The notes beneath the pieces were generated by a model. That model was not told where the DNA came from. It saw only the letters and a list, made by a program, of their open reading frames with translations, and searched no databases. A program made the translations under genes and the position numbers. Shown here piece by piece: positions 48,301 through 58,739 of a DNA stretch of 64,000 bases (positions are counted from its first letter, which is position 1; each line of letters begins with the position of its first letter). The stretch is from Oikopleura dioica. Taxonomy: Eukaryota; Animalia; Chordata. The stretch lies in NCBI GenBank assembly GCA_907165135.1, contig OU015568.1:4092001-4156000 (forward strand), read 5' to 3'.

Positions 48301-48389
48301 CTTGTTGGGCCACTTCTTATTGAAGCCATCCAATCTTGCCCAAAAACCGCATTTTCGGCAAAATATGACAGGAAAAGGCTTATTTTCAT
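42355..48389 (-). CDS. Secreted trypsin-like serine protease followed by two CUB domains (ovochymase-like architecture)
   Basis: Signal exon (ATG 48389); pro-region CGRP; activation site [17 protein letters not shown]; CGGSII|[11 protein letters not shown]; NNDIAL; GDSGGPL (DA before C in GRDAC, trypsin-like); GVYARVT|ALIDWI; two CUB domains ([27 protein letters not shown]). Confidence 0.9.
43532..43605 (-). tRNA. tRNA-Thr: tRNA-Thr (AGT), intronic
   Basis: GGCCCGATGGCTTAGTTGGTTAAAGCGCCTGACTAGTAATCAGGAGATCCCGAGTTCAAATCTCGGTCGGGCCT: cloverleaf stems pair, anticodon loop CT-AGT-AA, followed by oligo-T. Confidence 0.96.
44283..44592. mobile_element. 310-bp element with 11-bp TIR (ATGGATACAGA) filling a protease intron
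   Basis: ATGGATACAGA at 44283-44293 and TCTGTATCCAT at 44582-44592; AT-rich interior; no TSD seen. Confidence 0.55.
45012..45119. mobile_element. 108-bp palindromic element made of three AAGCCGC..GCGGCTT modules
   Basis: Perfect 17-bp terminal IR TCAGATCGAGAAGCCGC / GCGGCTTCTCGATCTGA and three internal hairpins. Confidence 0.75.
45161..45319. mobile_element. MITE of about 160 bp with ~45-bp TIRs
   Basis: TGTCTGGAAC.GACAAAAAAAATTTCGACAAAATTTGCGTGG pairs with CCACGCAAGATTTGTCGAAATTTTTTTGTCGGTTCCAGACA. Confidence 0.75.
45455..45605. mobile_element. Putative ~150-bp MITE with imperfect 17-18-bp TIRs
   Basis: CTTGGGCGCAAAATCAGC versus GCTGTTTTGCTCCCAAG. Confidence 0.5.
47306..47788 (+). CDS. 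Intronless 160-aa protein with an N-terminal CxxC-x10-CxxC zinc-ribbon-like motif, nested antisense in a protease intron
   Basis: Single [29 protein letters not shown]..., an acidic linker and a C-terminal domain; a near-canonical AATAAG follows the stop. Confidence 0.6.
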   Translation: MLCYYCNFSSTSRHESRCLNCTSAFLNAPFEILQSLLDNNVDAIDIDSIHNVSNIIEDDHDSVQEGITTSNGEVDEHFSGGENSSQSRNVSRKIFGLNDLVWTHRSTVENTVFRRGQALMSAEVEGLVIEIRCATDAHLSYIRPVPGTQKFAIAIKKNSP

Positions 48390-48634
48390 CGTCTTCTTAA
48401 AATTCTTTCCGGATTCTTTTCTCTTAGATTTATTTCGAAAACGATCAACCAAAAGAGATACTTTTAATTTCAAAGTGTATCTGTAAAATTCCGCGGCACC
48501 GCGAATCGTTCATGCGCGAGCGCTCGCGCGCGCCCTCGGAGAAGTCGCGAAAATAGACGATTTTTTTTCTTTTTTGAAGCTTTTATCTGGGGTTTTCTTG
48601 GCGAAAGTTTTACTTTGTTTATTATTTTTTCTGG

Positions 48635-49700
48635 CTAAAAATCATGAAAATAAATTTTAGACCGAAAAATCTTGAGTCTAAAAAAAGAACAATCACAAGT
48701 GTCAAAACGTGTTTCAAATAGCGAAATCATTGGGAAACACGGAAATGAGCGTAAACATGCTTGTTTTTCTCTCGCTTGCGATTTGGAGATTTCACATTTT
48801 ACGAAATTTAAGGCTACCACGTTGCCTGGTACTTTGAGCTCCTTATCTAGGAAGAATGTAGGCCAAGATTAGCCAGTATCTAACCCTGAGCATGCCCTGT
48901 TCTATCATCATCATACCAGGCCGTTTAAACACGAATACTTCTTGATGAATAAATCGTCATTGAGCAAAGTGTCTGACTCAAAATTTCGAGAATCTGTAAG
49001 CTCCGATTAATCTGACTCCAAGGCTGTTGCAAATTCTTGAATCTGTTCCGCGGGAAATCGGCAGGAAGGATTATCCCGTTCATTGGTTAGCAATTCCTCT
49101 CCTTATCTCCTCTCTTATGCAACATGAGAGCACAATTTTCTAGCTTGGGCAAGATTCGGGCTATTCTTCTTGAAGAGCAAACTTCTTTGGTCCTCCGAAA
49201 ATGGAGCGTTTCTAAATTTAGAATCGAAACTCGACTTTTTCGTGACGCAAATTTTTTCGAGATAGTCGGAGCTTTGCGAAAGCCATAAATCTATAAATGC
49301 TAAATTTTTATTTCAAGTTTTTAAGCGTTTTTGATTACGCTTATTAACATAAAAACACTTCAATTTTTGCCGCCTCGACTTCATACAAGGCAAATTTCAA
49401 AAGAAAAAAAAATAAAGGCCAGATCAATAGAACGATAGAGAGAAGGAATTTAGGTTTCAATGCCGAAGTAAGAAAAAAAATGCTGAGATCAACGTGTCCG
49501 TTAGCAGTTTGATTTGGTCAGATGGAATTTCGATTTGTTAAAAGAAGAAGAAGAAGCTGGTCTGCGAAGTGGTCCTGAGAGCCGAACAGCTCGAGGTATT
49601 CAGCTGCGGTTGATGCATGGCGACCCTTGTGCCGTCTCTGAGCTGATTGCTTGTGGTCGCCAAGAACCGTTTCTTTCCAGAAATAAGACTGCCATCTTGT
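48635..49700 (-). CDS. Possible multi-exon hypothetical gene
   Basis: Coding-like blocks (EELLTNERDNPSCRFPAEQIQEFATAL; DSRNFESDTLLNDDLFIKKYSCLNGL|gtatga; DKELKVPGNVVALNF...) between plausible splice sites. No full model obtained. Confidence 0.25.
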
Positions 49701-49722
49701 TTTATTGAGGATAATTTACAGA

Positions 49723-51100
49723 TTAAAAGAAAGTGCCAACTCTTTCTTCGACAAACTTTGCGCATTCGTCGCGGAATTCCAAGACAATAGAATTTCCACA
49801 AAGAGCAGCTGTTGAAGGACAGTTGACAACTCCAATGTTCGTATGCATCGGCCCTCTAGGAGAAATAAATTACAGAGAAAAAAAGAGATAAAACGAACAA
49901 AAACTCAAAAAATATCGACAAAACTTGATTCAATCTGCAAAGAATCGTATCCGTTTTCAGATCACTTCCAAGGATGTAATTGTTCAGCGAATCTTCGAAT
50001 TGATGAAATACTTTGGTTTCTGAGATCAGAGTTGCAAATTTTGATTAATTTTTTTGAGCTGAGCTGAGCTGACCTGAGTAAAGATTTCTCTGTGCTGAGC
50101 TGAGCTGAGCTGTTTTTTACTGTTTTTTTGGTAGTAAAATTGTATTCAAATCATTGAGCCGAGCTGAGCTAAGTGATAATTTTCTGAGCTGAGCTAAGTG
50201 ATAATTGTCTGAGCAGAGCTGAGCAGAACAGATCATGTTCGAAAATTATTGAGCTGAACTGAGCTGAACTGAGTGAAAATTGTCTGAGGTGAGCAGATCA
50301 GATCATTTTCCAAAATCACTGAGCTTAGCTGAGCTGAGCAGCTCAGCTCACTCAGCTCAGCAAATTTGCAACTCTGTCTGAGATCATGAATGTCAGATTC
50401 GCGAGGGGGTATTGATCCGAATCATAGGTAATAACTGATTTCGTCTCAGCTGGAACTCCCACAATTCCTTGGTTGACGAGCGGGACTTCTCCATTTTGAT
50501 ATGTCTGGCCCCAGTTCGAATTCAAGCTTAAAATTTAGCAAAAGATCATTGTTAAATAAAGAGCTTACCATTCTTTTCCTGGTACAGTTGTTATCTCTGC
50601 ACTTGAAAATTTGGCTTCGAAAAAGCTCGCTATTTCGGGATCATATTTTTCGAATCCATATTGAACGCCGTATCCCAAAAAGTAGAAGGTATCGTAAAAT
50701 AACATCTGGGCATCTTACTCTTAAAACTATCCGAATCATTAATGCTGACCTTGTTGATGGACTCGTAGAAATATTTCTCAGTACAGTCAGGGTAGCAGAC
50801 ATTCTCGATATTCGCCGTAAAATTGACTCGCTCAAATGTTCCATTTTGAAAAAAGCATCCCGTGTCTTTGGTTTGGAACATCTGAACGGGTTTTTCTGAA
50901 AAGTGGTCGTTGTTGGTCTCGTTTCTTTGCTGATTGCGGGGGTAATTGATGATGACGACGATGGGCGCTCTGTGAAAAAAAGTTCAAAATTTTGAAAGAA
51001 AAGCTCGGAATTCCGAAGCTACTTTTATTTGAGAACTTTTGATAACAACGGCGTAAAAAGTCAAACACCAAAAAATCAGAATCTTCTCTTCTTTTCGCAT
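49723..51100 (-). CDS. Tandem paralog A: type II membrane protein with a Cys-containing luminal domain, interrupted by a MITE (possible pseudogene)
   Basis: MRKEEKILIFWCLTFYAVVIK|...TKDTGCFFQNGTFERV...CYPDCTE...CLNSNWGQT...MIS[MITE]ETKVFHQFEDSL...ILCRLN...CPSTAALCGNSIVLEFRDEC. Co-linear with paralog B exon by exon. Confidence 0.7.
50027..50376. mobile_element. hAT-type MITE (350 bp), GAGCT-repeat interior, 8-bp TSD TCTGAGAT
   Basis: TIR CAGAGTTGCAAATT / AATTTGCAACTCTG; TSD at 50019-50026 and 50377-50384; interior rich in (GAGCT)n. Confidence 0.92.
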
Positions 51101-51446
51101 TTTATTTTAAATAACTAAAAAAATAATACGAATTTTGCCGATTTTTATGATCTTTTCTCTATTTTAGGAGCGAGATAGAACATAAATTTTTATTTCTGGC
51201 GCTGAAAAGAAATTATTTTAGATATGATCATGCTTTTATTTCTATTTTGAGATAATCAAAAATAGCCAACAACTCTTTTTGAATAGTAAATCGTCAGACA
51301 ATTAGTTTACAAATACAAAGACAATTTTAAAATATAAACCGTTTTGATCATGACGTCTTTTTTCTTTTTTAGGAAAGAGATCATATGCATTGTTGTAACC
51401 GTTACAATGTAACGTTTCTTTTCAGAAATAAGTTTATTTAGTAGTA

Positions 51447-52722
51447 TCAAGAGAAAGTGCCAAAGTTTTCATCAACGAATTTCAAGCATTCTTCGCGAAA
51501 CTTGAAGACGATTGAGCTTCCGCAAAGAGCACTTCGTGATGGGCAGTAAATAACGCCGATGTCTGAACGTCCAGGTCCTCTGAAACATACTTTAAAAACA
51601 GTCCAACGGGCATTAAACGAACAAATATTCGAAAAAAGTCGTCATAATTTCATTCAATCGACATAGAATCGTGTCCACTTTCATTTCACTTCCAAGGCTA
51701 TAATTTTTCAGAGACGCTTCAAATTGATGAAAGGCCTGGCTTTCTGAGACGGTAAGAGTCAAATTAGCGAGGGGAAATTCATCCGAAGAGTAGCTTATCA
51801 CGTGGTTTGTCACCTCTGGAATTCCTTCTTCTCCTTCTTTTATGTGTGGGACTTTTCCGTTCAGGAAAGTTTGCCCCCAATTCGAATTCAAACTAAAGAA
51901 AGAGGACTTTTAGATGATCTAATATCAAAAAACTACCATTTTTTCCCAGGCACGTTTGTTTTCTCCGCGGTTTGAAATTGGACATCGAAGAAGGTTGCAA
52001 TTTCTTTGTCATATTTCATAAATCCGTTTTGAATTCCGTGTCCGAAAAATTGAAATGTATCGTAAAACAACATCTAAAGAAAGCTTTCTTCGTACAAATA
52101 AGATTTGAAAATGGACCTGGTTGATAGACTCGTAGAAATAAGACTCAGTACAGTCAGGGTAACAGACATTTTCGAGATCCGCTGTAAAACTGACTCGCTC
52201 AAATGTTCCATTTTGAAAGAAGCATCCCGTGTCTTTGGTGATGAACATTCTGACCAGATTTGCAAATTTTGATTAATTTTTCTGAGCTGAGCTGGACATT
52301 TTCAGAGGTCATTGAGCGGAGCTGAGCTGAGCTAAGTGATAATTGTCTGAGCTAAGCTGAGCAGATCAGATCATTTTCCAAAATCACTGAGCTGAGCTGA
52401 GCTGAGCGACTGCTCAGCTCACTCAGCCAGCTCAGCTCAGCAAATTTGCAATTCTGATTCTGACTGGCTCTTCTGGAGATCCATCGTCCGCTATTTCGCT
52501 CGTTGGGGTCGAGAGCAAATGCGAAGGAACCTGGTTACAATTTATGATGATAACTATTGGCGTTCTTTCACAAAGTTCTGGCAAATTGGAAAAGCTAATA
52601 ATTATTTTTTCCCTTTTTAAAAATAAGTTTTTAAATTAATTAATTTTAGAACTTTTCATGATAACCCCGTAAAAAATCAGGCACAAAATCGCCAACCTCT
52701 TCTCTTCATTCTTAATTTTCAT
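51447..52722 (-). CDS. Tandem paralog B of the same unknown family, also MITE-interrupted
   Basis: MKIKNEEKRLAILCLIFYGVIMK|KLCERTPIVIIIN...EEPVR[MITE]MFITKDTGCFFQNGTF...CYPDCTE...CLNSNWGQTF...ILCRLNE...CPSRSALCGSSIVFKFREEC. One donor site was not resolved. Confidence 0.7.
52255..52456. mobile_element. hAT-type MITE (202 bp), same family as 50027-50376, 8-bp TSD ATTCTGAC
   Basis: TIR CAGATTTGCAAATT / AATTTGCAATTCTG; TSD at 52247-52254 and 52457-52464; GAGCT repeats inside. Confidence 0.92.
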
Positions 52723-53081
52723 TTTTGACAAAGAATGTAGAAAAATAAGGACGATCGAGCGGATGTGATGAAGATCAGTCAACGCTCGAATAGACGGAGT
52801 AATTGTGAAGGAGGACGTTATAGAGAGAAAATCTTGATAATTTTTTCTCTCAAGAAAAGTGTTCTCAGAATATTTCATCTCTTGTACTCTTCGTTAAAAC
52901 GGTGAGTTGCTAATTTATCTTTGCTGAATTGAGAATTATCCACCTGGTACGATTATTTCTATTTTATAATGTTTTCCAGCTTAAAAAACAAAGCTTGATT
53001 GACGATTTCGAAAATATAACAAATTCAGAAAGAAACCATAACTTATGACGGTATTTATTTTATTCAATTTTTGAAGAATAA

Positions 53082-53496
53082 CTAATTTTGCAGCATCATC
53101 ATTAGCCCAGCAAAAAAAAGAGTCCGCAAGGCTGCGACTCCATTGCCAATGGCAGAACTTGGAGCAGAAAAGAGCTCTGCAAGTCGAGCTTTGACAGCAT
53201 CCAGACCTCCTCGAACGTCGATTTCGTGTTGGAGAATTTCGTTATCAGTTGTTTCCAAAGTCTCGAGAAACTCATCTGCTCCTCCAACGACGTCTAAAGC
53301 TTGCTTGATCAAGGGTTTATTTAGATCCGCTTTTGAATAAAACATTACTTTCGCTAACCCTCTCCTGAGCCGTATCTGGGTGCGCTCCTTTCTCCATCAC
53401 CCTTTGAAGGACTCCTACAATCACAGAATTGTCCTCTGCTTCAGCCAAGTTTGCTGAACCAAGAGCAAAAACGGCCAAAAACTTAAAAAGCTTCAT
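53082..53496 (-). CDS. Small secreted or GPI-anchored-like protein, 2 exons
   Basis: Signal peptide MKLFKFLAVFALGSANLAEA; acidic core; C-terminal PSSA followed by a hydrophobic tail (ALRTLFFAGLMMMLQN). The ~30-nt intron boundary is uncertain. Confidence 0.5.
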
Positions 53497-53821
53497 TTTC
53501 TCTCAATCGTGCAGATCTGACGCTCTGATTCCTAGCTCCTGATTATCATCAAATACGATACATTTTATAGCAAGCCGTCCAAGGGAATAATAATAAAAAT
53601 ACTCGGATTTTGCAAAATCGGCGAAAATATTTATTTATCACGCCGATAAAATGATTGATGTTAGGTTTCAAACCAGAGTCACATTTAACCTTTGACGCTC
53701 GGTTTAATGAAGGGTACTCTTTGCCATTTCTTCTTATTAGGAAATTGGATAGGGTTTCTCAGGAAAATCAGAAAGAAATTCATGATAAGCAGTTTTTATA
53801 AATAATTTATTGGCTTATTTT

Positions 53822-53903
53822 TAGGGTGGGCAAAAAACGGAGGCCAAAAATTGGCCTGCTTTTTGAGTAAGAAATCAGAAATGGTACTTTTTTGCCAACC
53901 CTA
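53822..53903. mobile_element. 82-bp mini-MITE, TA/TAGGG termini
   Basis: TAGGGTGGGCAAAAAA versus TTTTTTGCCAACCCTA (1 mismatch). Confidence 0.6.
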
Positions 53904-53953
53904 TATTATATAGGCTATATATCTATGTACAGATGACGTGAAAGGTCGAAGCT

Positions 53954-56487
53954 CTAGAATTCTGCAAAGGACTCATCTTTCTTCATTGACCCACTTGAGC
54001 TCAGGGAGCTATCATCACCATCACCTTCATATGCTTTGTTAACCATTTCGTTTTCATTTGATGGAAGTCCGCAGTGCTAGAATTATTAACAATAAACTCT
54101 TTGTTGTAATATTTGCTTACCTCCAGCATTTTGAGCTGTTTCTCCTTGATATTCTCCAACTCGAATCTGAAATCCGGATGCAGCGTTTTCGAAAAGCTTA
54201 GAGCCTCGCAAATTGACTCAGCAGCGGTTGAATCAATTGCTGGAACTCGCGCGAAATCGAGGATGACAGTTTTCTCTCCATTCGAGAATTTTGCGGCGAT
54301 GGCGTTTATTGTCGTGAAAAGAGTGTCGGAAGATGGGAAAAGGAGTTTTCCCTCGAATTCGATGATGTTTTCGTTTTCTTGTTTTTGTTCAAAATGATTT
54401 TTTTGATACGAAAAAATGCGATTTTTAATTAAGAGTATTTATGAACAATTTCCTTCTTCATCGCTCTCTTCAATCTCAACCTTTCCTCCGAGCATGGGGG
54501 TCACGTGCCCCGAGAGCACCATGCAAAGATGAACGATCGTTCCCAAAATGATTCCAACAGAACTTGAGTGGAGGCAGACGATGAAAGTGACGACGAATGG
54601 AGCCATGTCCGTCCTTTTTGTTCCCCACAAATGCTAAAAAACGATGCTCAGCGGCATTAAAAAAGGAAGAAAATACCTTGATATCAGCCCACGAGAACAG
54701 ATTCGCTGCAGAAACGATGATAACAGCTCCTAAAGCCGCGGAAGGGACATAAACAAACAAGTCGGACAAAAATGCAGTTGCTACGACCACAATGATCGCC
54801 GCTTGAATTAAGACATTTGATGAAAGAAAAAGAAGAAGGTTTACCGAACCAGCCGGAAATCTGAGTAGCGACGTTTGCAGAATAATTGACCGAAGATCGA
54901 GACATTCCAGCAGAAACGGGGAATGATTGGAAGAATGAATTGCCGATGTTGCTGATTCCCAGGGCGATGAACTCTTGAGTCGGGTCGATTGTGTACCTGA
55001 AAGCATCTATTTCTGATCTATTTATATCTTTTGTTACTTTTCTTTCTTAGCAAATGCTTTTCCGAGTGAAATCACTTCTAGATAATTGACGATTGGGACG
55101 ACTATGAAACCGGTTCCGATCGCGGAGAAAATTGCCGATGTTGTCACTTCGTACTCGAAAGTCGATCCGTTGATTTCCGTGTAGTTATAGAAAAAGCCAC
55201 CGAAAGAGGGAACCGCAGGGAAAGGGAGGGAAACGTCTTGGATCATCGTCATTGTGAACATGGTGCAAGTGTCGTTCGGATCTGAATCGAATAAGGGTCT
55301 GGAGAATTTTAGAGTCGATAAAATATCCGCTTTTTGAGCCAGTTAAAGACCCTAAAAAGCGAGAAAACTTACTTTTAGGGAATTGAGGGATGCATTCTTT
55401 CTCCAAAAATCTATCCACTTCTTCCGGCGTCGTCCAGATCGCCGTCACCCCCATCATCAAAATCGTAATAATCGCAGCTTTTGCCGTAGCTGTGAACCAC
55501 AAGACCTTGTCCGTTATTCTTCCACAAAGGCTACTCATCAGTTTCGGATGCCCACCATATCTTGCTTTGAGTTCTTTCAACAAAACGAGAACGAAGATGG
55601 AAGAGGAGCCGATCGCAAAGTCGTACCAATTTGTATGGCCGGTAAAAACCAGCTCGCAAAGTCGGTAAATCTTCATCACGAAAAAGTCTTCCTTGACTTT
55701 TACCCCGAAAATCTTCGGCAGCTGATTGAGGGGAATCGTAAAAGCGGCGGAATTGATGAAGCCGGCCAAGACAGGACCACTGATGAAATTGACGATCGAG
55801 CCAAGATCGAGAAGACCAACGACGAAGAGAATGGAGCCAGACATGAAGGCAAGCACGTGAGCAAGCTCTGGAACACCGTCGGTAGCGTCTGGTCCAGGAA
55901 CAGGCCAGTCATCGGGTCGTTTGAGAAACTGGGCGATTAGGGCAGCGGAAATGGCAGTGGGGCCTTTTTACGAATGAAAAATGATCTTTCCCCTGTTTTT
56001 TAACGAAGGATCTCTAGAAAATTCTGTTTGTATAATTATGAGCATTAATAATTGTTTGCACCCGTGCCGATAGCAGTGTGGAATGAAGTTCCCAGCAAAG
56101 TGTAAACAGAAACGGCGAAGAATGAAGAGTACAAACCAAAGTAAGCCGGCAATCCAGCCAGTTCAGAATACGCAAGAGCTAAAAATGATAACTTTTCTTC
56201 TCTAGAATTTTTTTTCAAAACAATAATTGATGTAAAAAAGGGCTTTTTATAGATTTTTATTGTCTAATTAACTTTTGAATTCTACTTTGAATCTCTGATT
56301 AAATCGGTGAAAGAGTCCTTAATTGATTACCTTGTGGAATAAGCATCAACCCAATCGTAAATCCCGCAATAACATCTCTTATAAAAAACTCTGGAAACTT
56401 GTAATCGAGCAACCATTTCGTGATCGGAAAAATTCTGTTGTAGTGAAATTTCCTCGCCAATTTCTTTTTCACTGACTCTTTCGCCAT
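53954..56487 (-). CDS. SLC26/SulP anion transporter (SLC26A11-like) with a C-terminal STAS domain
   Basis: RIFPITKWL...[16 protein letters not shown]|[51 protein letters not shown]...SRSSVN, and [19 protein letters not shown]. Confidence 0.93.
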
Positions 56488-56906
56488 TCTTTTTCTCTGT
56501 TTTTCTCAGTTCAAATCACGGGCAAAAATCGATCTGTTTTTTTTTTCTTGTGAAATTGCGGTCAAGAAATCGCGTTTTGGATTGATCTTCTATTTGGAGA
56601 TTTTGGCAAAGAGGGATTCTTATATAAGGTCAGTGTTGAATTTACGACGTTCCAGATCGAAATTCTGTATCTGTCAGAAAGCACTCCCCCGCGCCCTCTG
56701 CTACGCTCTCACAAGCTCTGTATGTTCTTCTGAGATACTTAAGTTTCAGAATGATAAAAAAAGAAAACAAGTGCGAACTGAAAAAATGAACAAACGCAAA
56801 ACTGATCCGCGCAAATAAACTGTTTGTTTTGGCGCAATTAACTTGTCTAAAATCTTTCTTTTTCTTGTAAAATCATCATTCCTTCGGTAGACATACGAGT
56901 CTCCAC

Positions 56907-57361
56907 CAGGGCTGGCAAATTAGGGTCCTAACAGCCGCACTACCGAAAAATTGTTAGGGTTCTAACTCAAAATTAGTGCGAATTAGTGCGGCATCCCCGT
57001 CCTACCCGTCCTATTTTTTTTCCTTGATATTTTTTCGTCTATTAGGACTGAATCGTCGCCCTAACCGTACTAATTTGGAGGCTCTTTTTCATCATCCAAT
57101 CGGCGCGCGCTTCCCACGAGGCGCGGAGGACAAATTGGTGGAAGATTGAAAAAAGAATGGAGCTGAATGGATGAGAAAAACGAATGACCCGCCATGATTG
57201 GCGGACCAATAAGCGCGCGCCTCTTTTAGGACGATTTTAGTGCGGCTTTTTCCAACTCGTACTACTCGCACTAAAAAGTTATAAAATGAGAGTTAGGGTT
57301 CTAACAATAGGGTTCTAACTCAAATTAGTGCGGCTGGCGGGACCCTAATTTGCCAGCCCTG
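56907..57361. mobile_element. hAT-type MITE (455 bp) with perfect 8-bp TSD GTCTCCAC
   Basis: 36-bp TIR (first 22 bp perfect: CAGGGCTGGCAAATTAGGGTCC); TSD at 56899-56906 and 57362-57369; subterminal TAGGGTTCTAAC and ATTAGTGCG repeats. Confidence 0.95.
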
Positions 57362-58275
57362 GTCTCCACCCTTAAATTTATCAAAAAGGCTCTATTCGGC
57401 AGAAAATGCGAGAAAAATTACAAATTTCTGGACATTTTTCAAGCCTGACGAACGCAAAATTTCGAATTTGACCAAAATTTTGGTCGTTATTTTATCAATT
57501 TTAAAAAATTGACGATTCTCAAAAGTTTGAACCTTAGTTTTATTTAAAGAACTTCGCCGAAAAACATTCAAATTTGAAGATACTTAAATTTTTTATAACA
57601 CAAAACGGCCTTTTTATAGGAATTTAAAGAAATTACAGAGAGCGCTAGATCATTACTGTAACATCCAGCAGGTAAAAGCTTATGTAATTACTGACTCTTA
57701 TTTTTAACTTTTCAAAATATTTGATTTTCTTGGCAAAATAAACCATGAGCAAAATATGGGAATCCAAAAACAATGATTGTTTTCTAGAAGAATCGAAATT
57801 CTCCTCGTTGATATCACCACCCGGAATATTTCTGCCATTTACACCTCGCTAGCCGGAAAGTGTTTTACGATAGAATCTGTTAGCCAGATTGCTAGAACGC
57901 CTCGTAAAACTGGCGGCGCTGTATTTGTTTATGCTGACCTCATTCAAGAGCCCTATCGGCCTCGTATATTTACTTACGTTGTGAAAATGTTCCAATTCAA
58001 GTTGCTGCACTTTCATCTTTGCTGCGATAGATTTGCTGCACCGGTGAAAAGGGAACAGAGGAAATTTGCTTGCTCTACATTTTCAAGTGATCCGAATTGC
58101 AAAAAATTTGGTGCAAAAGCAAATCTTTATTGAAATAAAAAGAAAAGAAGAAAGAAAAAAATCCGAAAAATCTCGGAGACATGAAAAATATGATCATTTT
58201 CAGGGCTGCAACCCTTCGTATTTCTGACATCGTTGTATTCGCGTTTCGTGTTTTTTTGGATGCTCGCGCGCAGCG

Positions 58276-58470
58276 ATTGGTATTTTGAGCAGGATCCGTT
58301 GTCGTCATTTTTTGATTGGTCGTTTTGTTTGACCGTCGTTTTTGATTGGTTCTGGCTCTTTCTGGCTTTATTCGCCAGGCGTTTTTTTTTTGATTGGACC
58401 AAGCGGGTCGCGTCGGTTTTTGATTCGTCAAGGCGAATGTGATAAAATGTCGACCACTTTTATCACATTC
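58276..58470. promoter_or_regulatory. CCAAT-box array plus a 13-bp inverted repeat containing GATA sites
   Basis: ATTGG at 58276, 58315, 58345 and 58393 (three in the context TTTTTGATTGG); GAATGTGATAAAA-N10-TTTTATCACATTC at 58435-58470. Confidence 0.5.
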
Positions 58471-58739
58471 TTGCGTTTAACATAATTTTATACAAGTAAA
58501 TACGGTTTTTTGGCGTTTGTATGAATTTCGAATTGAAGGTTAAGTTTCACTGAATAATTCTAAAAAGAAAAGTTTTAACCATTTTCCGTTCTAGAGCAAT
58601 TTTATGCCAAAAATATAGTTTGAGTACTATACCGGCTCAGGAAAGTCCTGAAAAGAGAAAAGTTGTTGTCCAAAAATCATCATCTTATCCAAAGCAGGGG
58701 TCCGTTATCCGTGTCGGTTCATCATTTTCCAACATGTCA

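Noticed and set aside
48514-48529. 16-bp GC palindrome upstream of the protease ATG
   Set aside because: Single occurrence in a CG-dinucleotide-rich promoter patch; no further support for a distinct element.
49723-52722. Tandem paralogs as ENaC/ASIC or CD38-like proteins
   Set aside because: CYPDC only superficially resembles the DEG/ENaC Cys motif; there is no second TM or GxS filter, and CD38 catalytic motifs are absent.
58075-58442. Overlapping ORFs 58075..58431, 58127..58402 and 58233..58442 as proteins
   Set aside because: Their repetitive NQK/DW content comes from translating the CCAAT-box array.
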